Shown: positions 42,384 through 51,980 of the stretch, one piece after another | How positions within the stretch are numbered: the stretch's first letter is position 1 | Layout: the number at the start of each line of letters is the position of its first letter | Origin: Prorocentrum cordatum | Taxonomy: Eukaryota | Assembly: GCA_963575745.1 (NCBI GenBank) | Contig: CAUYUJ010000001.1 | Location: forward strand, 1-64,000 | Length of the DNA stretch: 64,000 nt | Direction of reading: 5' to 3' | Notes under the pieces: generated by a model | What the model saw: only the letters and a program-made list of their open reading frames with translations | What the model was told of the DNA's origin: nothing | The model's database searches: none | Made by a program: the position numbers and the translations under genes

Positions 42384-43165
42384 TCCCCGAGCTAAGAAGC
42401 TCAAAGCGCCGCGGCTCAGAGAGCCGGGAAGACAGACAGACGGACGGACGGACGGACAGCCAGGCGGCGCGCAATGCCTGGCAATCCAAGTGGGTGGTCA
42501 TTTCATAAGGGAAACAGAATCCCGAGCTGAGCAACACGCACCACGACCACGACGACGCCGCCGACGACGACGACGGAGACGAGGCGCGCTTACGATCCGC
42601 ACCGAAGCACGGATTTGGGAAAGGGCCCACCCTGCAGGTTCGGTTAAACAGGGAGAAGGAAGAGGAGGAGGAGGAAGAACAGGAGGAGGAGGACAAGGAG
42701 GAGGGCATGGAGGAGGAAGAGCAGGAGGAGGACAGGGAGGAGGAAGAACAGGAGTAGGAGGAGGCTCGGAGGAGGACGGGCAAGCACTGACGCCATCAGA
42801 CCGCAGTCCCCAGGAGAACGGGAAGAGGGGGTGGAGAAGGAGTTAGCGAGAACGATGCGGTGGAGAGGGAGCTGGGGAGGGAAAGTGAGAGAGAGAGAGA
42901 GGGAGACCGGGAGGCAGAGATAATGATGGTGCGAGAGAGGGAGAGAAAGAGAGAGAGCGAGAGCGAAACACAAAAAAAAACATGTGACACGCAGCCAACG
43001 TTTTCCGCCGCAGTGCGGCAGAGGCAATCCTCGCGCGCGCTCCTGTGGGCCAGGCGATGGCAGGCACTAGTTGCCCAGCGGCAAGAGGGGGGGACAAAGG
43101 CGGAGAGCGCGGCCGCGGAGGGGGGCAGAGGAGGGAGGACACTCACAGCGCGAGGGTATTCTTAA

Positions 43166-43317
43166 GCCGGGCCTGTCCCTCTACAGGGGGAATATTCAAA
43201 AGTAACCACACACACAAAATGGGGACGACTTTGTTCCATTGTTTTTGTATGTTTAAGGGTTTTTTCCCACATTTCTAATTTTTCCCAAAAATCAGCCTGT
43301 AGGGGAACAGGCCCGAC
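43166..43317. mobile_element. MITE family A, copy 4
   Basis: GCCGGGCCTGTCCCTCTACAGG...CCTGTAGGGGAACAGGCCCGAC. Confidence 0.85.
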
Positions 43318-43996
43318 CTAAGGGCATTCGACTGGAGTGGTCGGGCGGCCAATCTGTGCTGACGCTGCCTGGCAGCGGACGCTGGCCAGCATCGTGGCCA
43401 CACCCAGGGGCTATGGCGCAGGCTGCAGTTCAGGAGCGAAAGAAGGACGTACACGTACATGAATCCACGCTGGTTTCGAGAGTACGGACTGCCCGAATGT
43501 TCGTGTCACGCGGCCAGTCTCGCGGACCGATGGAGCCGTTTAATTGTACATAGGTGGGCGCGTACGTCCTTTGTGGGGTCCCTGGCAGTATGCGAAAGAG
43601 GACCAACTCGCACCAGCAACTGCAAGAGGAGGAGGAGGAGGAGGAGGAGGAGGAGGAGCGGTGAGCGAGCCCACACAGGCGGCATCCAAGTGTGCCGCGA
43701 CGGCCGAGCAGGCTCTGCTGCTTGGGCGGGCTGGCGGATGCGGGAAGGCCCATGCTTCAAGGGGGGGGGCAGGAACGCGATAGCTCGCGGCAGCAGCATG
43801 CTGCAAGAGCCCCGCCGAGCTGCTGAGAAGCGGGCAGTGAGGCTGCTGCGCTGCCAGGGAGAGCGCAACGTGTGCCAGAGACTGCACCAGAGATTGTTGA
43901 GCTGCCGATGCCACCAGCCGGTGCGACGCAACACCAGGCCCAGCAGCAAGGCCAGGTGGCGCCCGGCGGGGGCGCGGAGATGGGGCGGCTGATCGA

Positions 43997-44190
43997 AGAA
44001 GACAAAACCACATAAACATAATTGTTTGGCGTTCCGCGCGGACTTCTTGGATCTGCGCTAGGGCCCGCTGGAGGCGCCTCCGGCGCCGCCCCTGGCGCGC
44101 TCCGCGCGCCAGGGAGGGGGGTCCAGCGCGGATCCAAGGAAACCGCGCGCAGCGCCGACAATTTATGTTTATGTGGTTTTGTGTTTGTTC
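43997..44190. repeat. Palindromic MITE-like repeat family B (AAACCACATAAACATAA...TTATGTTTATGTGGTTT)
   Basis: Terminal inverted repeats and a GC-rich near-palindromic core; related copies at about 9440-9600 and 52560-52730. Confidence 0.75.
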
Positions 44191-44651
44191 TACCGGCGGG
44201 GGCGCAGAGAGCTGGCGGGGGCAGCCACCAGGGCCACACGGCAGGGCTGCTGGCAGAGGCACCCACGAGGCGACCAGCGCCGGTTGCTTCGGGGGGCGGG
44301 CCAGCTGCGGGAGAGAGCGCGCTGGCGGCGCGGCGCGGTGCTGCGAATCGCGCGGGGGGGGGGGGGCAGCGAAGGCGCGAGCGGGAAAGAGTCAAGCAGC
44401 TGCGAAGCGCCCCGGTTTGCTCATGTCAAGGGACATAAAAACATAGACACAAGTACTCGTCGATTTCCAAGGAAATCTCAGAAAAAAATGGACAGCCGTG
44501 GGGGAGACGAAAACCCAGATGCACACACATATGTATAGTCGTAGACGTGAATACCCCAACAGGCCCCTCCTCGCCCGTGCTTGTAAATGCTGACCCCCCG
44601 CAACTGCGGTGGCTCAAAGTCTGAGAGGCCCCCAGCCGCGGCGGCCCCTGC

Positions 44652-45131
44652 ATGGACGGAGGGGCGCCTCCGCTGTGGGCGACACTGCTCACGGCGTGGG
44701 GGGCGACCTGGAGCGCCTGCTGGAGTTGGGGCTGGGGCGGAGTCACCACCCAGGCGGCTCACGCGGCGCCGTTCGCGACCTCCGGCCACTGCCAGGAGGA
44801 CTCTGAGCGCTGCTCCTGCGACTGGGAGCTGCGCGAGATCATCGACCTCCAGCAGGAGGTCGGCCTCCTCCAGTCGGAGGTGTGGGCGCTGCGGTGCCTG
44901 CTGCTGGCCGGGCTTCTGCTGCTCGGCGCTGTGGCCTCTGGTGCTGGCACGCTGGGCTTCCTGGTGGGGGCCTGCCGGCGCTGTCGCTGCGGCGGGCGCG
45001 AGCGCGCGCCGGGCCGGGCGGCCGAGCCCGGCGCCCAACCGGCCGCGGCCTCGAGGGCGGCGGCGGTAGAGGGGCTGGCGTGCCCTCAGCCGGGCCGAGG
45101 GCCCTCGACGCCGAGCCGCCGGCAGCTGTAG
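44652..45131 (+). CDS. Extra 5' ORF of the YR element: 159-aa putative membrane protein
   Basis: ATG lies just after repeat A1. Hydrophobic Trp-rich N-terminus, heptad LREIIDLQQEVGLLQSEV, hydrophobic LLLAGLLLLGAVASGAGTLGFLVGA, then CRRCRC. The stop is 4 nt before the next ATG. Confidence 0.6.
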   Translation: MDGGAPPLWATLLTAWGATWSACWSWGWGGVTTQAAHAAPFATSGHCQEDSERCSCDWELREIIDLQQEVGLLQSEVWALRCLLLAGLLLLGAVASGAGTLGFLVGACRRCRCGGRERAPGRAAEPGAQPAAASRAAAVEGLACPQPGRGPSTPSRRQL

Positions 45132-45135
45132 CCCG

Positions 45136-46383
45136 ATGGCAGACGTGCTGACGCTGGACATCGGCGACCCGCAGATCCTGGTCCACTACCCGGACGACGA
45201 GAACGGCTTCCTCTGGCACCACAGAGTGTTGCTCTTCAGGGTGTCGGACGACATCTGGATCAGCTTGACCCCTGATCTCGCCCTGGTGCGCTTGAAGCTG
45301 CTGGACATCCGGCACGAGGTGCTGGAGAGGCGAGCCCCGTTCCCTGCCCACCTGGGCAACCAGGTCTATGCCCACGACCCCATCGCCGCCGCCGCCCTGG
45401 CGGGCTTCCGTCGCCGTGCGAAGATCCAGGGGCAGCTGCTGGGTGTGGGCCAGGTGGACGTGGTCGAGAGGATGATCTGGGTGGTGGCCGAGCCCCGGTC
45501 GGCGAAGTTCGGCGAGATGATCGACTCGGCCATCATGGACGACGACGCCCGCGGCACGGGCTTCGACGCGAAGGGGGCGGCGGTCGTGGACGGAGAGGAG
45601 ATTTTCGTGCAGAAGATCGCGGCCAGCAAGCTCGACGACTTCAAGAAGGAGACCAAGGCGGACCTCGGAGACGTGCGCGCGCTCGGGGACCACCTCGACG
45701 ATGCTGGGCAGCGCTGTCTGAGGCTCTCGGAGGCGGTCGCGCTGATGAGAGACACGGATCAGCCGAACTTCCCGCTCGCCGGCGTGAGGAGCGTGAAGGA
45801 GTTCCTCGAGTCGGTGGCCTCCGGGCCTGGCAACATGACGTCGTACCAGGCGGAGCGGGAGCGGCTCAGCGGAGTCGGTGAGGGATCGGCAGTCAACCAT
45901 GTGCACCGCAACTTGTGCGAGGTGATTCGGCTCATGCACTCCTGGGACCAGGTCGACGCCTCCATGTTGGCCTCTGCGGAGCTGATCGTGCGCTGGCTGG
46001 TTCAAACGGAGATAGCGGTAGAGCGCAACCCGCGCCACCCTGACTACAGCGGGCTGGACATAGTGATCTCGGCCCCGGTGAATGCAGCGGGCCGCGCGAC
46101 GACGAACAAGTTCAACTCCTGGGTCACTGACAAGCTCAAGGAGAGGGCGCAGATCTGGAAGCAGGAGCGCCTGTACCGCGAGGAGCAGAAGACGAACCTG
46201 AAGGAGGGCAAGGACGGCGACGGCTACGACCCGTCCAAGAAGAAGCTGAAGAAGAGAGGGGGCAAGGCCGGCGCCGAGGGCGCCGGCGAGGGAGGACGAC
46301 GCCTCTCGGGGCTGTGGGGGAGCCGGCGCTGGCAGCCCGGGCGCCGAGAGAGCCCCCCCACAGCCGACGCAGACGTGGGCTAG
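45136..46383 (+). CDS. Gag-like ORF1 of the YR retrotransposon
   Basis: 415-aa ORF with strong GC3 bias and a Lys/Gly-rich C-terminus. It precedes and overlaps the RT ORF; the gag call rests on position. Confidence 0.75.
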   Translation: MADVLTLDIGDPQILVHYPDDENGFLWHHRVLLFRVSDDIWISLTPDLALVRLKLLDIRHEVLERRAPFPAHLGNQVYAHDPIAAAALAGFRRRAKIQGQLLGVGQVDVVERMIWVVAEPRSAKFGEMIDSAIMDDDARGTGFDAKGAAVVDGEEIFVQKIAASKLDDFKKETKADLGDVRALGDHLDDAGQRCLRLSEAVALMRDTDQPNFPLAGVRSVKEFLESVASGPGNMTSYQAERERLSGVGEGSAVNHVHRNLCEVIRLMHSWDQVDASMLASAELIVRWLVQTEIAVERNPRHPDYSGLDIVISAPVNAAGRATTNKFNSWVTDKLKERAQIWKQERLYREEQKTNLKEGKDGDGYDPSKKKLKKRGGKAGAEGAGEGGRRLSGLWGSRRWQPGRRESPPTADADVG

Positions 46384-49300
46384 CCCCCTCTATTCCTGGA
46401 GGGATCCGGTCACGAGATCGACGGCATGGAGACCCCTTTCCTCTGCCCTGCGATCCGAGTGGCCTCGGCTCTGCATGCAGCTCTGCGCGGCAACGGCAAG
46501 TTTTTGACACGGTTCAGGCCCTGAACCAGCTTGCCGCCGCCAACGTGAATTCACGTCGCGCCCAGGGGCACGACCGCGCACCAGAAGGGCACCTCCGGCC
46601 GACCGCCGTGCAGCAGTGGATGATCCAGAATGTCGCCCGGCGTGTACTGGCGCATGGGGATTGCCCCACTGACCTCACAGAGGAGTCATCGTTGCACGAG
46701 ATCCTCGACTCGAGAGACCACTACGGGATGGAGCCCAAGAACTTGGCCAGCTTCGACTTCGACAAGGTCAAGATCCTGCACAGGAAGGTCCACGTTCGGC
46801 CGATGCGCCGGGAGTTGCCCGCGTCGGCCGCTGGCTACCTGCGGCACGCTTCCGACTTGATCGAGATGGACGAAGCGGAGCTTGAGAGAGATCGTGCCGA
46901 GGGAGTGTGTGTCACGCCATACTGGGACCCCCTCCTCCGGCGCTCGCGAGACCTTCGGAAGCGACTGTACCAGCGCCTGGACCAGCAGGGCCTGCTGACT
47001 TGGCGTCGGCGGCTGAAGGGGCATGCGGGCATCTTCGTGGTCAAGAAAAAGGATGGGCTCCAGAGGTTGATCATCGACGCCCGAGCGGCCAATCGGGCGC
47101 ATCGGCCACCTCCCACTACTCGGCTAGGCTCCTCGCGATGCATGGCCGACCTCGACCTCTCCGACCCCCGCCTGAAGGCATCGGGCTTCGGGGGCCTCGG
47201 CTCCGGGGCCTTCAGCCCAGCTGGCCGCGAGGGAGACGTCGGGGACTGTTTCTACAACTTCACCATCCCCGAGCTGGCGAGCTGGTTCGGCTTCGCAGAC
47301 CAGTTCGGCACCCACGAGCTGACGGAGATGGGCTGCCTGCCGGACTCGATCTGGGACGACGCCGAGGGGGCCGAGACCAAGGTCGTGGACGGCGAGCAGC
47401 TCTACCCCTGCATGTGCGCGGTGTGCATGGGCTGGTCCTGGGCGCTCTACTTCGCCAACGAGGCCGTGACCTACCGCGTCCAGCGGGCGCTGCCCGACGG
47501 GGCCGAGAAGGTGATGAGGGAGATGCAGCCTGCCCCGACCATCGAGCCCGGCAAGTGCGTTGCCGGAGTGTACGTGGACAACGTGCAGGTGATCGGAGGC
47601 CGCGAGGCTGACGCCAACACTCAGATGAATGAAATCGAGAATCTTTTTCGAGAGGACCGTATACCTTTCGACGTGGAGCCGGGGGACAGCTTGGAGATGC
47701 AGCCCCTCGGCCTGGTGTACCACTGGCAGGAGCGTCGCCTGAGGCATGTGGCTCGGCGCGTCTGGCGGACGTACATGGCCGGACACGCCCTTTTGAGACG
47801 CCGCAAGCTCCACGGGCACGCGCTCCAGCGCTGGCTGGGGCACGTCGTGAACCTGAACCAGCTCTGCCCCGAGGCGATGTCCGCGCTGAACGCCTGCTAC
47901 CGCTTCATCGAGGAGTCGCTGGAGTCGCCCAAGCGGGTCTGGCCCTCCGTGAAGTCCGAGACCCGTTGCTCGATGAACTTGCTCTTCCTGATGGAGGCGG
48001 ACTTGGGCGCGACCTACTCGGACCAGGTGTACTGCGGGGACTCGTCCGGCCGCGGCTACGCACTCCACGTGACGACCGCCGAGCCGACCGAGCTCCGAGA
48101 AGCCTGGAGGTGGAGAGAACGCTGGCGGTACCGCGACGTCCCGACGGTGACGGGCCACGTCAGCAGCGGGCTCGACTACGTGCGCGGCGGCACGCCCGGC
48201 ACCGCCACTGGCCCGAGGACCGCCTTCGGCCAGTCCCTGCTGAGTCAGGCGGAGGCGCCGGAGGATGCGAGCGGCCTGGCTCCCTCTCCGGCCCGAGGCC
48301 GCGCTGCGAAGCCGGCTCGAGGCCGCACCCGGCTGCATCTTGACTCGGGCATCCCCGCCTTGGAGGACAGCTGGGTGGCCAGGCGCCGCTACAAGCTGGT
48401 CGCCGCGGACCGCTGGCGCTGGCAGGACGAGCACATCAACCTCAAGGAGGCGAGGGTCGCCTTCATGGGCACAAAGCTGCTCTCGATCAGCGACAGCCAG
48501 GTCACCGTCGGGGCCTTCGAGAAGGGCCGCTCCAGCGCGGGCCTGCAGGCCCTCTGCAGGCGCGCAGCCGCCGACCGCCTGGGCGGGCAGATCTCCTGGC
48601 GGCTCAGGTACATCGAGACTGACCGTAACCCGAGCGACGAGGACTCCCGGCGCTGGGACCTGAAGAAGCCGGCTGGGCTGAACCGGGGGCCCGAGCGTCG
48701 AGACGCCGCCCCGAGCCTGTCCGCTCCAGCTGCGAGTTACACGACCTCCTCCTCTTCTCGGTCACCTCCGTCGGCATCCTCAGCATCTGTTGTACGCCCG
48801 TCAATTCAGAGCGAGCCTGGTAAATCAGTTTTTTGTATGGAGCTCTTCGGTGGAAAGGGGGAGCTGACTCGAGCTTGCCTGGCGGAGGGGCTTCCCTTCG
48901 CGGATTCAGTTGATATCAGAGACGGCTGGGAATTTGATCTTTCTCGTCGCAGTACACAAGAGTATATCCTGAGGCTGGCCCGAGAAGGGCGTTTGATATA
49001 TGTGCACCTGGGAACGCCTTGTCAGGTTTGGAGTATCGCTCGGAGGGGGATCCGAAACCATGTTCGAGCCAGGGCCCGGGAACGTCTGGGCATCGAGTTC
49101 GCACTGTTTACGGCTACGTTGTGTCATATCCTATCACGTCGTGGGTGTTATTGGAGTGTGGAAAACCCCCGGACTTCGAGACTCTGGAACTTCGACCCGA
49201 TCGCTCGCCTTCATGGACTCGCGGACGTCGTCGAGGTAAACTTCGATATGAGCATGTATGGCACGGCCTATCGGGAACCTACTCGAATCCTGACAAACCT

Positions 49301-50696
49301 GAGAGCGTTACAGTCCCTGGGAGATCGACCTCGCATTCGACATAAACACTCGGTCTTGCTACACGGTCATCTCACACCACTTGCCGCCGCCTACCCGCCA
49401 GCATTGGGCTCGTGTTGGGCCAGGCTCCTTTCTTCGGCCCTGCCGGGCGACATACGCCCGGGCCAGCGAGCCTTCGACCCCAGCGAGGTCCGCCATGGCC
49501 TCCAGCGGGCCGCGGGCCGTCGCCCGGCGGCTCGAGGAGCAGCGGTTCACGGTGAGGTCGATGAACCCCGTGAGCCAGCCTGCCAGGCCGCCGACTCGTT
49601 CCTCGAGCACGACCCGATCATCCAGTTCGGCCAGGACGAGCGGCCCCGGCGCTGGAGGGCCCACCCGGACTGGGCGGCAGCCGCCACCGGGGAAGGGCCG
49701 ACCGCGGCAGCCTACAGGCCCCCGGCGGGCAGGCCCCATCACCGCCCCGCGGAAGGACTCGCTGATCATGGCGACGGTGACCGGAGGCACGCTGGAGAGG
49801 TACGCGACGGCGGTCCACGAGTTCGAGACCTACGCGAAGGAGAGGCGCCTGCCGCTGCAGCCGCTAGCACGCCTGGACGACAGCCTCTCCCTCTACTTCG
49901 TGGACCTGTTCGACGACGGCTTCGGGGTCTGGGAGGGGCGCAACGCCTTCTACGGGCACAAGCTGCTGAAGCTCAGGACGACGGGCAAGGTCGACCTCCC
50001 AAAGGCGCTGGCCTCCCTGAAGGGTTGGACGAAGCGGGCGCCCGGGAGGATGCGTCTGCCGCTGCCCGACATCATCGTGGACGACATCGCGCTGGACCTG
50101 GTGGAGCACGGGGACCCCCTGATGGGGGCCGCGGTGGTGATCCAGACAGACACCTACACGCGGCCCTCCGAGGTGGTGGGGCTGAGGCAGGGCCAGATCT
50201 TGCCGCCGGCGCCGGTCGCGAAGCTCGGCGCGCACTATGGCATCGTCATCGCGCCCTCGGAGTGGCACGAGACCACGAAGACGGGCGGCCAGGGCGACAG
50301 CCTGCTCGTGGGCGACGTGGCGAGGCCCTGGCTCACGAGCGTGCTGCGGCTGCTCCACAAGCCCGACGTGTCGGACAAGAAGAAGATCTTCGACTTCACC
50401 CTCGGCGACTACGAGCGCAAGGTGAAGAAGTCGGCATGCCGCCTGGGCTACACCTCCCTGGGCGTTTGCCCGCGCGTCTTCCGGCACTCGGGCGCCAGCA
50501 ACGACAAGGCGCACTCCCGGAGGACGTTGAAAGAGGTTCAGAAGCGCGGACGATGGGCATCGTCCGCGTCGGTGGCTCGCTACGAGAAGGGGGCCCTGAT
50601 CTTGCAGCAGTTGCGCAAGGTTCCCTTGGCCAAGCAGAGGAAGGCGGCGGAGCGCAGCAAGCGCCTGCCGCAGGTCCTCCTTCAAAAGATTCGTGA
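46314..50696 (+). CDS. Polyprotein: reverse transcriptase, RNase H and C5 cytosine DNA methyltransferase
   Basis: RT: IFVVKKKDGLQRLIIDAR, GDVGDCFY, MGWSWA, YVDN. RNase H: CGDSS, HINLKE, SDSQV, NPSD. DNMT (about 48828-49430): ELFGGKG, VD...FDL, HLGTPCQVWS, SVENP, MYG..YREPT, AYP. The start is uncertain. The part beyond about 49650 overlaps the YR frame and may not be functional protein. Confidence 0.92.
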   Translation: MGEPALAARAPREPPHSRRRRGLAPSIPGGIRSRDRRHGDPFPLPCDPSGLGSACSSARQRQVFDTVQALNQLAAANVNSRRAQGHDRAPEGHLRPTAVQQWMIQNVARRVLAHGDCPTDLTEESSLHEILDSRDHYGMEPKNLASFDFDKVKILHRKVHVRPMRRELPASAAGYLRHASDLIEMDEAELERDRAEGVCVTPYWDPLLRRSRDLRKRLYQRLDQQGLLTWRRRLKGHAGIFVVKKKDGLQRLIIDARAANRAHRPPPTTRLGSSRCMADLDLSDPRLKASGFGGLGSGAFSPAGREGDVGDCFYNFTIPELASWFGFADQFGTHELTEMGCLPDSIWDDAEGAETKVVDGEQLYPCMCAVCMGWSWALYFANEAVTYRVQRALPDGAEKVMREMQPAPTIEPGKCVAGVYVDNVQVIGGREADANTQMNEIENLFREDRIPFDVEPGDSLEMQPLGLVYHWQERRLRHVARRVWRTYMAGHALLRRRKLHGHALQRWLGHVVNLNQLCPEAMSALNACYRFIEESLESPKRVWPSVKSETRCSMNLLFLMEADLGATYSDQVYCGDSSGRGYALHVTTAEPTELREAWRWRERWRYRDVPTVTGHVSSGLDYVRGGTPGTATGPRTAFGQSLLSQAEAPEDASGLAPSPARGRAAKPARGRTRLHLDSGIPALEDSWVARRRYKLVAADRWRWQDEHINLKEARVAFMGTKLLSISDSQVTVGAFEKGRSSAGLQALCRRAAADRLGGQISWRLRYIETDRNPSDEDSRRWDLKKPAGLNRGPERRDAAPSLSAPAASYTTSSSSRSPPSASSASVVRPSIQSEPGKSVFCMELFGGKGELTRACLAEGLPFADSVDIRDGWEFDLSRRSTQEYILRLAREGRLIYVHLGTPCQVWSIARRGIRNHVRARARERLGIEFALFTATLCHILSRRGCYWSVENPRTSRLWNFDPIARLHGLADVVEVNFDMSMYGTAYREPTRILTNLRALQSLGDRPRIRHKHSVLLHGHLTPLAAAYPPALGSCWARLLSSALPGDIRPGQRAFDPSEVRHGLQRAAGRRPAARGAAVHGEVDEPREPACQAADSFLEHDPIIQFGQDERPRRWRAHPDWAAAATGEGPTAAAYRPPAGRPHHRPAEGLADHGDGDRRHAGEVRDGGPRVRDLREGEAPAAAAASTPGRQPLPLLRGPVRRRLRGLGGAQRLLRAQAAEAQDDGQGRPPKGAGLPEGLDEAGAREDASAAARHHRGRHRAGPGGARGPPDGGRGGDPDRHLHAALRGGGAEAGPDLAAGAGREARRALWHRHRALGVARDHEDGRPGRQPARGRRGEALAHERAAAAPQARRVGQEEDLRLHPRRLRAQGEEVGMPPGLHLPGRLPARLPALGRQQRQGALPEDVERGSEARTMGIVRVGGSLREGGPDLAAVAQGSLGQAEEGGGAQQAPAAGPPSKDS

Positions 50697-50703
50697 AATG
50701 TAG
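49495..50703 (+). CDS. Tyrosine recombinase (integrase) of the retrotransposon
   Basis: YTRPSE (Arg), TKTG (Lys), PRVFRHSGAS (HxxR box with His replaced by Arg), RGRW and VARY (Tyr). The start codon is uncertain. Confidence 0.92.
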   Translation: MASSGPRAVARRLEEQRFTVRSMNPVSQPARPPTRSSSTTRSSSSARTSGPGAGGPTRTGRQPPPGKGRPRQPTGPRRAGPITAPRKDSLIMATVTGGTLERYATAVHEFETYAKERRLPLQPLARLDDSLSLYFVDLFDDGFGVWEGRNAFYGHKLLKLRTTGKVDLPKALASLKGWTKRAPGRMRLPLPDIIVDDIALDLVEHGDPLMGAAVVIQTDTYTRPSEVVGLRQGQILPPAPVAKLGAHYGIVIAPSEWHETTKTGGQGDSLLVGDVARPWLTSVLRLLHKPDVSDKKKIFDFTLGDYERKVKKSACRLGYTSLGVCPRVFRHSGASNDKAHSRRTLKEVQKRGRWASSASVARYEKGALILQQLRKVPLAKQRKAAERSKRLPQVLLQKIREM

Positions 50704-51898
50704 CGGCCACCAGTTCATGATATGGGTATGGGCGAAAGAGGGGCCGTCCAAGATGACAGCCCGACGATGTTCGACAAATTATCTCGTCTCAGGCCTGAGC
50801 TTCGATTGGATTACCTTGTCAGAGAGTGCGTGTGAAAGGTGATCCAAACTATATCGCACAGCTTCGCTGGATATGCATGTCTGGGCGAGGTTTTTAGGCC
50901 ATCTAGGGGTGTGTACAGTCGTAGACGTGAATGCCCCAACAGGCCCCTCCTCGCCCGTGCTTGTAAATGCTGACCCCCCGCAACTGCGGTGGCTCAAAGT
51001 CTGCCCGCCCTCAGCCACCCTCGAGCTCAGCATGCCTCGCTCGTAATTCAATGCTTTTTCCGCTGGGCGAAAGAGGGGCCGTCCAAGATGACAGCCCGAC
51101 GATGTTCGACAAATTATCTCGTCTCAGGCCTGAGCTTCGATTGGATTACCTTGTCAGAGAGTGCGTGTGAAAGGTGATCCAAACTATATCGCACAGCTTC
51201 GCTGGATATGCATGTCTGGGCGAGGTTTTTAGGCCATCTAGTGGTGTATATATATATATATATATACAGGGGGGGGGGAGAATTTGGGGGTTTGTGTGTA
51301 TTTATTTGTGTGTCCGAGGGCCCCTTTTTTATCATGGGCTTACCACAACATGTTCTAAAAACCTTTTTTAAGGTCGGCATGACATATTCTTAGAACATAT
51401 TTCGCCGACGCTGCTTTGCTTTCACACGTCGGGCTTATGTTATACGAACATAGTTGTTGTTGGAACCTTTCTGGGGTTCTAAGAGCATGTCGTGGTGGGC
51501 CTATGGGAATGCCAGGGCGGTCGGCCCCTGCTCAAAAGAGGGGCAAAAAGCTAGACCCAGCCAGCCCACGCAGCACAGCCGGGCGCAGCGAGGCCCCCCC
51601 GCCAAGGGGCCAGCGAGGCGCCTCGCGGCAGGCACAGCTCTGGAGGGGAAGAACACACACAGATACAATGAATCGTCGCTCCCCAGGAATATATACGAAA
51701 ATGTAGGCAGTGGGGGGGGAAGACGAAAATCCAGGAAGTACGAGGACATATCGGGAATATTGGTATTTGCGTGCATTTGTTTGTGTGTCCCCGGGCCCCG
51801 TCAACAGCAGGGCGGGGCGGAAAAGGGCGCCCTCACGGCCGGCGCAAGCGACACAGCAGGGAGGGCGCGGAGCCGCCGCGTCGCGAAACCAGCGTTAA

Positions 51899-51948
51899 GT
51901 CGGGCCTGTCCCTCTACAGGAGGAATATATATATATATATACACACAC

Positions 51949-51980
<32 letters not shown>

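Larger units (their letters stand above)
39403..42651 (-). mobile_element. Retrozyme-like tandem array: 7 full ~442-bp units plus a ~160-bp partial unit, one hammerhead ribozyme per full unit
   Basis: Unit spacings are 439, 443, 442, 435, 442, 442 and 445 bp. Length differences come mostly from internal (GAC)n and (GACA/GACG)n microsatellites. GAG-rich sequence flanks both sides. Confidence 0.88.
44532..51246 (+). mobile_element. Tyrosine-recombinase (DIRS-order) retrotransposon with split direct repeats A1-ORFs-B1-A2-B2, carrying a C5 cytosine methyltransferase
   Basis: A1 44532-44623 equals A2 50912-51003 (92 bp, 2 mismatches). B1 50729-50906 equals B2 51064-51241 (178 bp). Gag-like, RT/RNase H/DNMT and YR ORFs lie in between. 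Confidence 0.95.

Noticed and set aside
44608..44620. GGTGGCTCAAAG in repeat A as a relict spliced leader
   Set aside because: Only TGGCTCAA (8 nt) matches; too short to support.
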